Source: Opitutales bacterium (lineage in GTDB: Bacteria > Verrucomicrobiota > Verrucomicrobiia > Opitutales > JABSRG01). Taken from it: a DNA stretch of 64,000 nt. The stretch covers positions 21,673 to 85,672 of the forward strand of contig JBNPEH010000021.1 of assembly GCA_051117635.1 (NCBI GenBank), written 5' to 3'. Made by a program: the position numbers and the translations under genes. This document shows, piece after piece, positions 9,444 to 17,509 of this stretch; position 1 is the stretch's first letter, and every line of letters starts with the position of its first letter. The notes beneath the pieces were generated by a model. That model saw only the letters and a program-made list of their open reading frames with translations, did not search any database and was not told the DNA's origin.

Positions 9444-10520
9444 ATGGCGACGTTAACCATTCATGCAACCAACGTGACAGGACTTGGAGCAAGCCAGGTC
9501 GTCGTTTCCTTTCTGGAGGCATTGGACAAAGCTAACACTACCTTCTCCGAAATTTTGTGCTACGTTCCGGAATCCGGACCGGTGGCGGAGTTCAAACCTG
9601 GTTCTGATTTTTTCCATGTTTTCCCCTACAAACGTCTCGGTCCCAAAGCAATCAGCCGTGCACTGGAATGCCTTTTCCCCGGATTATTTTTTAAATCATC
9701 CGATCTGTTAATTGTGTTGGGGGACGTGCCCTTGCGGGTCAGAACTCAGCAAATCGTGCTTGTCCACCAGCCCCATTTGCATAGTCCGCGTGTTAATCCC
9801 TGGGTTGGACGGTCTCTGACCTATCGCTTGATGCGTGGGTTGACGCGTCTCAATGCGAAGTTTGCCAGTCAGGTTATCGCGCAGACCAATGCGATGGCTG
9901 AAGGCCTGAAAGAATCCTATGAAAATTGGCGCCAACGAGATTGTTTGACTGTGATTGGTCAGCCGCCTCCCTCGTGGTTCCGAACCGATGGGCGTCAGGA
10001 GCGGTTGATCGGGGATGCGGACGGACTTCGGCTTTTCTACCCGGCAGCGGATTACCCACACAAAAACCATCAAATTTTCGAAGGGTTGCTTAGGTTGGAC
10101 GTGTCTGGGCTTGTTGAACGGATCACCTTGACTGTACCCGACGGGCGAATTGCTCATTCAAGTAAATGGCTGTATTGTGTCGGCCGCCTCAATCATGAAC
10201 AGTGTCTTGAGGCTTATCAATCGGCGGATGCTCTAGTCTTCCCATCTGTTCTAGAAAGTTATGGTTTACCCTTGGTCGAAGCCATGGTGATGGGTCTGCC
10301 AATACTGGCATCCGATCTGCCCTATGCGAGGGCACTTTGTGGTGGCGTCGCTATATACTTTGATCCCAAATCGCCGGAAAATTTGCTGGCTGCCTGTACC
10401 GAATTGAAACAGCGGCTTGGTGATGGCTGGAAACCGGATTGGTCAGCACAGCTCCAAAAAATGCCTCCGAATTGGTCAGAAGTCGTGAGTGCTTTCTTGC
10501 GCCTGGCTGACAGCAAATAG
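9444..10520 (+). CDS. GT4 (GT-B fold) glycosyltransferase
   Basis: 'FPSVLESYGLPLVEAMVMGLPILASD' is the EX7E-type C-terminal motif. Confidence 0.7.
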   Translation: MATLTIHATNVTGLGASQVVVSFLEALDKANTTFSEILCYVPESGPVAEFKPGSDFFHVFPYKRLGPKAISRALECLFPGLFFKSSDLLIVLGDVPLRVRTQQIVLVHQPHLHSPRVNPWVGRSLTYRLMRGLTRLNAKFASQVIAQTNAMAEGLKESYENWRQRDCLTVIGQPPPSWFRTDGRQERLIGDADGLRLFYPAADYPHKNHQIFEGLLRLDVSGLVERITLTVPDGRIAHSSKWLYCVGRLNHEQCLEAYQSADALVFPSVLESYGLPLVEAMVMGLPILASDLPYARALCGGVAIYFDPKSPENLLAACTELKQRLGDGWKPDWSAQLQKMPPNWSEVVSAFLRLADSK

Positions 10521-10521
10521 C

Positions 10522-11355
10522 ATGCAAAATCCCATTATCATACTTGGGGCACCAAGAAGCGGGACCACCATCCTCGGTGAGATTTTATCTGCCCATCCCG
10601 ATCTGCATTACCTTGTTGAGCCGAATCCCTTGTGGCGTCGCTACGTAAGATCGCGTTGCGACTACTTTAATTTAGAACAAGAATGGGATGCAGTAGAACC
10701 TACCAAGGGCCTGTTCGAATCTGAAATGCGGAAATCATTGAAGATGAGGCTTCTGGAGAAGACACCGCAAAACTGTCTTAGAGTTCCATTTGTGGATGCA
10801 GTCTTTCCCGATGCAAAGTTTGTTCATATTTTGCGGGATGGCGTGGAGTCTTCTTTGTCAATTGCCAGGTATTGGCAAAAGCACACGCATGGGTTTCGGG
10901 GGGTTCGTCTGCGTCAACGTCTGAGGGAGGCTTCGCTGCAGCAACTGCCGCGATATGGGATCCAGGCATTCAAGCGATTGTTGCCTGCGGGCACGAAGCC
11001 ACGGGTATTCTGGGGACCTGTGTTGCCGGGAATGGGGCAAATGGTCGATTGCATGAGCATCACGGAGGTTGCCGCCATGCAATGGCGCATGTGCGTCGAG
11101 CAGGCAACCTTCCATGGACGAAAACTCCCTCCGAATCAGTATTTGGAACTGCGCATCGAGGAGTTCAACAAAGAGAAATTGAAGCAAGTCATCGAGTTTG
11201 TGGGCTTGTCGAGCGAATCATCTGTGTTTGAGGCAGCCGAGGAACGCTTCATCAGAGACCAGACAGCGCATCGAATTGCTGAAGCAGACGAGAAAGAGGT
11301 AGAGCTTGTAAAACGCTGGGTGCTGCCGACGATGAAGTGGCTTGGTCAGCTTTAA
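10522..11355 (+). CDS. sulfotransferase family protein
   Basis: ATG 10522 lies 2 nt after the upstream stop. 'IIILGAPRSGTTILGEIL' is a PSB-loop-like segment and 'HILRDGVESSLS' is 3'-PB-like. Confidence 0.65.
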   Translation: MQNPIIILGAPRSGTTILGEILSAHPDLHYLVEPNPLWRRYVRSRCDYFNLEQEWDAVEPTKGLFESEMRKSLKMRLLEKTPQNCLRVPFVDAVFPDAKFVHILRDGVESSLSIARYWQKHTHGFRGVRLRQRLREASLQQLPRYGIQAFKRLLPAGTKPRVFWGPVLPGMGQMVDCMSITEVAAMQWRMCVEQATFHGRKLPPNQYLELRIEEFNKEKLKQVIEFVGLSSESSVFEAAEERFIRDQTAHRIAEADEKEVELVKRWVLPTMKWLGQL

Positions 11356-11359
11356 TGCC

Positions 11360-13411
11360 ATGGATGATCTTTCAAAGTATTTACTGACTGTTCTTTCGGC
11401 TTTCCTGATCTCCCTCGGCATCACCCGCCTGATGATCTCTCTCGGCCCGAAGCTCGGGCTGATCGATCACCCGGACGCGCGCCGGATCCACCGGACCCCG
11501 ATTCCGCGCGCGGGTGGACTTGCGGTGTTTCTGGGTTTCCATTTGTCGGTCCTCGGCTTGTATTTCCTCTGGTGGCCCGACTTTCAGGGTCAGTTGGACT
11601 TTGGCTGGTGGGAAGGCTTTTTCCTGGCGTCGGTTTTGTTGCTGGTGGTCGGTCTGCTGGACGACGCCCGCGGCCTGCCGCCGCTGGTGAAACTGGCGGG
11701 TCAGGCAGCGGCGGCGCTGGCGCTCTTTTTGACGACCGGGAGCAGCTTTGCGACTTTGCTGGGCTTTCAGCTGCCGCTGGCTTTGGATCTGGTGCTGACC
11801 GTCGTCTGGTGTCTGGCGCTGATCAATGCCTTTAATTTGATCGACGGCATGGACGGGCTGTGTGCCGGCCTGGCGATTGTCTCGGGGCTGGGCATTGCGG
11901 CCGCCTTTGTGTTGCGGGGCGTGCCCGGCGACGGGATCGTGGTCCTGGCGCTGATCGGCGCTTGTCTGGGGTTTCTGCGTTATAACTTCCATCCGGCGCG
12001 TATTTTTCTGGGGGACACCGGCTCGATGTTCATCGGCTTTCTGATGGCGGCCATGGCGCTGGGCGCAGCGGGTAAATCGACGGTCCTGGTGGCGCTGGGC
12101 ATTCCCTTTCTGGCGGCAGGGGTACCGGTCATCGACACCGTGCTGGCGATCTGGCGTCGGACGATGCGCCGGCTGGTGCGCAAGTATGAGGGCTCGGATG
12201 ACGGCCCGAAGGTGACGGGCGCGGATCGCGATCACCTCCATCACCGCCTGCTGGCGTCCGGGCTCTCACAGCGTCGCGTGGCGCTGCTGCTCTATGCGGC
12301 CAATGCCCTGCTGGTCGTGGTGGCCCTGGTCTGGATTTCGATCAACCGGTCGACGGTCGGCCTCTTCCTGGCCCTCTTCCTCGGCGCGGCCTATGTGGTG
12401 ATCCGGCATATCGTGCACATCGAGGTGTGGGACACGGGTCGCGCGATGGTCCAGGGGCTGAAGCGTCCAAGCAAGGGCTCGGTGTTTGCACTGATGCTGC
12501 CCTTCTGGGATCTGGCCTGTCTGACGCTGGCATTCATGGCCGCGTTTGCGATGGAGGATCCCAACACGGCCAAGGCCTTGTCGCTTGCCGACTGGGTGAA
12601 CCTGTTCCCCTTCTGGGTGACGCCGGTCTTTCTGATGCTGGTCTTTTTCCGCGCCTATGTGCGCGTCTGGACCCGGTCCACCTTCATCGACTTTCTCTAT
12701 CTGGCCATCGCGCTGGGGACCGGCGGGGTGTTGGCCTTTGCGCTCAACGCCGCCTGGACAGCCAACCTGAGTTGGTCGCAGCTGCAGGTCGCGCTGGTGA
12801 TGCTGTTGCTGGCGGCGGCCGGCATCGGCGGCATCCGCAGCCTCCCCCAGCTGCTCCGCGAGTGGATGGTCATGACCGCGCAGGAGGACCGCACCGGCGG
12901 CCGCTACCGCGTCAAAAACCTGCTGCTCTATGGCGCGGGCGACCGCGGCTCGCTCTTCCTGCGTCAGCTCCGCTTTGTGCATCCCGACGAGATGGCGACT
13001 CGGCGTGTGGTCGGCTTTATCGACGACAACCGGAACCTGCGGCGGCGCTACTCCTACGGCGTCCAGGTGCTCGGCACCTTTGCCGAGCTGCCGCGGATCC
13101 TCAACGAACACGCAATCGACGAGGTGATCGTCACCGCCGCCCTCCCCGAGGCGCGGCTGCGCGAACTGCGCGCCGCCGCCGAGGCCGCTGAGGTCGCGGT
13201 CTATACCTGGCAGGGCCGGACACAGCCGCTGGCCCAGATCCGCAAAGCCGCGTCACCCCAGACGCTGTTCCCGGATACCGAGCAGAAAGGCGCCGCCCCA
13301 GGCCAGGACCCCGGCCAGCAGCACGCTGGGACTGAACAGCACAAAGTCGACGAGCGCGTGGACCAGCCAGCCCGCCAGCGTGACCCCGCCGACGGCGAGC
13401 AGCCAGCCTGA
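11360..13411 (+). CDS. WecA/MraY-family polyprenyl-phosphate sugar-1-phosphate transferase fused to four extra TM helices and a CapD/PglF-type linker domain
   Basis: ATG 11360; the track start at 11342 is a TTG. WecA motifs 'NAFNLIDGMDGL' and 'FLGDTGSMFIGF' are present. The C-terminal 'NLLLYGAGDRGSLFLRQL...VVGFIDDNRNLRRR..VQVLG...IDEVIVT' resembles the N-terminal linker domain of WbpM/PglF/CapD. The last ~53 codons run antisense to the next gene. Confidence 0.75.
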   Translation: MDDLSKYLLTVLSAFLISLGITRLMISLGPKLGLIDHPDARRIHRTPIPRAGGLAVFLGFHLSVLGLYFLWWPDFQGQLDFGWWEGFFLASVLLLVVGLLDDARGLPPLVKLAGQAAAALALFLTTGSSFATLLGFQLPLALDLVLTVVWCLALINAFNLIDGMDGLCAGLAIVSGLGIAAAFVLRGVPGDGIVVLALIGACLGFLRYNFHPARIFLGDTGSMFIGFLMAAMALGAAGKSTVLVALGIPFLAAGVPVIDTVLAIWRRTMRRLVRKYEGSDDGPKVTGADRDHLHHRLLASGLSQRRVALLLYAANALLVVVALVWISINRSTVGLFLALFLGAAYVVIRHIVHIEVWDTGRAMVQGLKRPSKGSVFALMLPFWDLACLTLAFMAAFAMEDPNTAKALSLADWVNLFPFWVTPVFLMLVFFRAYVRVWTRSTFIDFLYLAIALGTGGVLAFALNAAWTANLSWSQLQVALVMLLLAAAGIGGIRSLPQLLREWMVMTAQEDRTGGRYRVKNLLLYGAGDRGSLFLRQLRFVHPDEMATRRVVGFIDDNRNLRRRYSYGVQVLGTFAELPRILNEHAIDEVIVTAALPEARLRELRAAAEAAEVAVYTWQGRTQPLAQIRKAASPQTLFPDTEQKGAAPGQDPGQQHAGTEQHKVDERVDQPARQRDPADGEQPA

Positions 13412-14965
13412 GGTCCGCCGCGCCCAGACCAGCCAGCCGAGGAGCGAGCCCAGCAGCAATAGTGCTCCCGGACGCCCAACCTCGATTGGGATCTGCAGCC
13501 AGTCGTTGTGAGCGTAGTCGGCGCGCCTGAACCGGTATTGCTTTTTTTTATGGTTATACCACCAGCTATACCAGATTTCCGGATATTGCCTTTGGTATAC
13601 AGGGAAAAGATAACGCCATCCTCCTGCACCGACACCGTAAGCGGGGGAATCGGACAAATAATCAAGGCTGGCCATATAAAGATACTTTCGTGTCCCAACA
13701 GAACCTCCAAAAGAATACTCTTCTTTTGATTGCACTTGAGACACTTGGTCTCGAATCAGCTGAATCGACTGCTTGGGGCGGTCTAATGCACCATCTTTAA
13801 AAATTAAAAGACCCCAACAAATGACCAAACCAATGAGAGGAAACATAATAATTGCCCATTTAGGAGATAATTCTACAGAGAAAAATTTTTCTGCAGCTAG
13901 CTTTAGTAAGGAAGAAAAAGTTAAAACGAAAGCAAGAGCAAAACCGATAGCGATGCCTCCCACTGAGGTTGAGTAAGCAATAGATGCAAGAAGGCAAAAC
14001 CCACACAAAACCAAAAAAGGAATGGGCGTGGAACCGGATGGGTAACTTTGAGCTTTCCTCCAGTAATGAAGGATCAAGAGCCAGGTGATCCCCAGATTCA
14101 AATATAGGAAGGCAGCCGTGTGATTTGGATAATTGAAGGTTCCATAGAATTCCCTGTTGCTGGGCCTGAATACGCCAAGAATACGTTTTGATTCATTTGC
14201 TTCCTGCACGATGCCGAACAGCGCCATGGCGGTGGCGGAGAGCACGGCGATCCAGAGCAGGTAGACGATGGGGCGTCGGGACCGGCAGCCGGCGACGAGC
14301 CCCATGACGGCCAGCCAGGTGAGGGACCAGTGCAGGAGCGCGCGCCAGGCATTCATCTCCGCGAAGGGTGCGGCGATGCTGGTCGGCAGCCATTTGATGT
14401 GGTCGATTTTGACCAACCACCATTGCGTGCCCTCGGTCCGGTATTCCCAGGCCGGGTTGAGCGCCTGGATCAGGATGTAGAGGAGGAAGGCCCCGCCCAG
14501 CCAGAACGGGGGGAAGCGACGCAGCCGACGCCAGCCGTCGGCACAGTCGTAGCGCCAGCGCGCGTCGCCTAGCGGCAGCCAGGCCAATGAAAAGGTCAGG
14601 GCAGCGAGGCTCCAGAGCAGCCAGAGTGACCAGACGCGCATCCCGCCGAGGCTCCAGCCGCTCGCGATCACCAGCAGGCTAGCCGCGGTCAGGACCGCCC
14701 ACTGACGGCGTCCCAGCGGCGCGCGCTGCGCCGGCTCGCCAAAGCGTCGACGCGACCGCAGGCGCTTGAAGCGCGGATCCGCCTGAGTGTCCGACGTCGT
14801 ATCGGCGGAGCGCCGTCGCCGGTGCGCGCTGCGGTTGGGTGCCGGTTCCCGGGATGCCACGCAGGGAGGATCAGGCAACGGCGCCACGAGCGCAACGCGG
14901 TTTGAGGGGATTCGGTAACCGCGAAGCCGCGAAGGCGGGGAAGGGAGGCGCCAAGGACGGGACAC
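13253..14965 (-). CDS. O-antigen ligase / Wzy_C-family membrane protein
   Basis: Multi-TM protein with 'YAHNDWLQIPIEVG' (Wzy_C-like). The N-terminus is uncertain because the GTG start at 14965 lies inside repeat copy A. An alternative GTG at 14860 lies just outside the repeat. Confidence 0.7.
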   Translation of the reverse strand: MSRPWRLPSPPSRLRGYRIPSNRVALVAPLPDPPCVASREPAPNRSAHRRRRSADTTSDTQADPRFKRLRSRRRFGEPAQRAPLGRRQWAVLTAASLLVIASGWSLGGMRVWSLWLLWSLAALTFSLAWLPLGDARWRYDCADGWRRLRRFPPFWLGGAFLLYILIQALNPAWEYRTEGTQWWLVKIDHIKWLPTSIAAPFAEMNAWRALLHWSLTWLAVMGLVAGCRSRRPIVYLLWIAVLSATAMALFGIVQEANESKRILGVFRPSNREFYGTFNYPNHTAAFLYLNLGITWLLILHYWRKAQSYPSGSTPIPFLVLCGFCLLASIAYSTSVGGIAIGFALAFVLTFSSLLKLAAEKFFSVELSPKWAIIMFPLIGLVICWGLLIFKDGALDRPKQSIQLIRDQVSQVQSKEEYSFGGSVGTRKYLYMASLDYLSDSPAYGVGAGGWRYLFPVYQRQYPEIWYSWWYNHKKKQYRFRRADYAHNDWLQIPIEVGRPGALLLLGSLLGWLVWARRTSGWLLAVGGVTLAGWLVHALVDFVLFSPSVLLAGVLAWGGAFLLGIREQRLG

Positions 14966-15350
14966 GCGCGGGGAGGATTAACCACGAAGAACACGAAGAG
15001 ACACGAAGGGCTTGTTCGCCGGGAAGGGAAGGGCGCTGTCCCGCGCAGCGGGACTTTTGAGTGCGGTGACTCCGATCACCGCTTTGACTTTAGGCGCCTC
15101 TCCGAGGCGCTGTAGGCCACGCCAGGGGGCCTGCGGCCTACACTCGTTGAGCTTCGGCGGACACAGCCGGCACGGCCCGCTAAACCCGGCGCTCGGGGAC
15201 GAGCGCCCTCCCCACCTTCGTCCTCCGGACTACGGCGGGCAATCCCGAGGACAACCCCCACACGGCGGACCAGCCGTTGCGCTCGTTGCGTGAGCCTCCC
15301 GTGCTTGTCCCGGCGTAGTCCCCGTTCCGGGGACGCAGACGGACGACTCC
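14881..15350 (+). mobile_element. structured repeat, copy A (MITE-like; inverted termini at 14881-14900 and 15274-15292)
   Basis: The ~200 bp core is near-identical to copies B and C. The left end 'GCCACGAGCGCAACGCGG' is the inverse of the right end 'CCGTTGCGCTCGTTGCGTG'. The boundaries are approximate. Confidence 0.7.
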
Positions 15351-15405
15351 AGCCAGTGGTGGCGGTGCCGTGCCGCTGCGGCGCTGTGCGAACGCCCAGA
15401 GCGAT

Positions 15406-15699
15406 TTAAGCCTCTGTCCGCCGGGCGTAGCCCGTCTCCGGTTCGTAGACCAGGGGAAAGGCCTCGGGCTGTTGGATGGCCTCCAGCGACAAGTCGACAT
15501 CCAGGGCGGGCCAGCGCAGGTGTTCGGGCCCCTCGGCCTGAACGGCAAAGACCGCCTGAACGGGAGCCTGGCGGAACCAGGGAAAGGTTTCGAAGGGGAG
15601 AAAGTATTCCTTCTGACCGAAAAGCAGCCAGACACCGAACGGGGAGATGTCGGTGACCTCAGGTGCGGAAGTGGCGGTCCCAGTGCGCGCGGATGTCAT
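15406..15699 (-). CDS. DUF2442 domain protein
   Basis: 'FLPFETFPWFRQAPVQAV...HLRWPALDVDLSLEAI' matches the DUF2442 C-terminal pattern. The start could be ATG 15699 or 15717. Confidence 0.6.
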   Translation of the reverse strand: MTSARTGTATSAPEVTDISPFGVWLLFGQKEYFLPFETFPWFRQAPVQAVFAVQAEGPEHLRWPALDVDLSLEAIQQPEAFPLVYEPETGYARRTEA

Positions 15700-15763
15700 C
15701 GGCCTTATCTTCAACAATTGCGCGGAGTTCCGTCAACGCCCGGGGGGAATACACCAACCGCCA
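15659..15763 (-). pseudogene. DUF4160-family remnant (C-terminal ~34 codons only)
   Basis: 'SPRALTELRAIVEDKADDIRAHWDRHF' resembles the C-terminal helix pair of DUF4160 proteins, the usual partner of DUF2442. The upstream part of the ORF is repeat-derived sequence. Confidence 0.35.
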
Positions 15764-15780
15764 AGGTGCGAAGGCCGCGA

Positions 15781-15857
15781 CGGGCGGGAGTCGTCCGTCT
15801 GCGTCCCCTGTCCGGGGACTGCGCCGGGATAAGCGTGGGGGCGGTTCACGCAACGAC
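15781..15857 (-). repeat. inverted partial copy of the structured repeat's right end
   Basis: 15787-15806 is the exact reverse complement of 15331-15350. The fragment abuts the left terminus of copy B. Confidence 0.7.
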
Positions 15858-16197
15858 GCCACGGGCGCAACGCGGATTGAGGGGATGAGGTAACCGCGAA
15901 GCCGCGAAGGCGGGGAGGGGCTTGCACGCCGGCGAGGGGGAGGGCTGTCCCGCGCAGCGGGACTTTTGAGTGCGGTGACTCCGATCACCGCTTTGACTTT
16001 AGGCGCCTCTCCGAGGCGCTGTAGGCCACGCCAGGGGGCCTGCGGCCTACACTCGTTGAGCTTCGGCGGACACAGCCGGCACGGCCCGCTAAACCCGGCG
16101 CTCGGGGACGAGCGCCCTCCCCACCTTCGTCCTCCGGACTACGGCGGGCAAGCCGGCTAATGCGCCACCGCGGACCAGCCGTTGCGCTCGTTGCGTG
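15858..16197 (+). mobile_element. structured repeat, copy B (shorter; lacks the ACCACGAAG-rich module)
   Basis: Same termini and core as copies A and C. Confidence 0.7.
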
Positions 16198-16252
16198 AGC
16201 CTCCCATTTTACCGCTTGGCGGAAACCCCGCGCCGGCCCACGCTTCTGCGCG

Positions 16253-17509
16253 ATGGCCCGGTTTCTCTTCCTGACGCAGGTGTATCCGCCTGACCCGGCG
16301 GCGGTGGGGCAGTACCTGGCCGATGCCGCCGAGGCGCTGGTTCAGGCCGGCCATACCGTCACCGTGCTGACCGCGCGCGCGGGGTTTGACGACCCGAGCG
16401 TCCGCTATGCGCCGCGCGAAACACGCAACGGGGTCACGGTCATCCGGCTGCCGGGCACGAGCTTCGGCAAGCGCAACCTGATTATGCGCCTCCTCGGCGC
16501 GACCTCCTTCCTGGCGCAGGCGCTGGTGCGGCCCTTATTCGGCGGGCGCATCGACCGGATCGTCGCGACGACGGCCCCGCCGATGGGCGGCTTTGGCGCC
16601 TGGTTGCTGGCCAGCCTGAAACGCACGTCGTTCGCCTGGTGGGTGATGGATATCAATCCGGACCAGGCGGTGCGGCTGGGGGCGTTCGGACCCCGGCATC
16701 CGGCGGTACGTGTCTTTGACTGGGCCAACCGACGCGTGTTGCCCGGCGCGCACCGCGTCATTGCGCTCGATCCGCACATGGCGGCAACGCTCCGCGCGAA
16801 AGTCCCGCTGTCCGACGACCGCCTCAAGGTGATCCCGCCCTGGTCGATGGACGACCACCTCGAACCGGTGCCGTCCGCGAAAAATCCCTTCCGGGCCGAG
16901 CACGGGCTGGATGGGCAGCGGGTCATCCTCTACAGCGGCAACCACAGCCCGGCGCATCCGCTCGACACGCTCTTTCGCGCCATTCCGGACCTGGACCCCG
17001 ACGACGGACTGCGGTTTCTCTTCATTGGCGGGGGCAAGCACAAGGCGGACATCGCCGCGTTTTTCCGCGAGCACCCCAGTCCCCAGGTGCAGCAGCTGCC
17101 CTATCAGCCGCTGGACCGGATCCGCTATTCGTTGTCGGCGGGCGATGTCCATGTCGTGAGCCTGGGCCCGCCGATGGTCGGCGTGGTGCATCCCTGCAAG
17201 GTCTACGGGGCCCTCGCCCTCGGGAAGCCCCTCCTCTTTATCGGGCCGACCGATAGCCATGTCGGTGAGATCCTCGATGCCACCGGCTGCGGCTGGCGAA
17301 TCGAGCCGGGGGATACCCACGGAATGGAACAGGTGCTGCACGCCATCGCCGATCTCCCCGAAGCCGAGCTCGCCGCGATGGGCCAACGCGGCGCCGCCTA
17401 CGCCCAAAAACACCTGTCCCAGGCCATCCTGATCCCGCGCCTGGTGGCCGAGCTGACCGACGGGGTTCCCCATGAACCGCCAAGGCGCCACGAGCGCAAC
17501 GCGGATTGA
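16253..17509 (+). CDS. GT4 glycosyltransferase (WcaI-like)
   Basis: The N-terminus 'MARFLFLTQVYPPDPAAVGQY' is typical of WcaI-type GT4 enzymes. The last ~8 codons and the TGA (17507-17509) lie inside repeat copy C. Confidence 0.75.
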   Translation: MARFLFLTQVYPPDPAAVGQYLADAAEALVQAGHTVTVLTARAGFDDPSVRYAPRETRNGVTVIRLPGTSFGKRNLIMRLLGATSFLAQALVRPLFGGRIDRIVATTAPPMGGFGAWLLASLKRTSFAWWVMDINPDQAVRLGAFGPRHPAVRVFDWANRRVLPGAHRVIALDPHMAATLRAKVPLSDDRLKVIPPWSMDDHLEPVPSAKNPFRAEHGLDGQRVILYSGNHSPAHPLDTLFRAIPDLDPDDGLRFLFIGGGKHKADIAAFFREHPSPQVQQLPYQPLDRIRYSLSAGDVHVVSLGPPMVGVVHPCKVYGALALGKPLLFIGPTDSHVGEILDATGCGWRIEPGDTHGMEQVLHAIADLPEAELAAMGQRGAAYAQKHLSQAILIPRLVAELTDGVPHEPPRRHERNAD

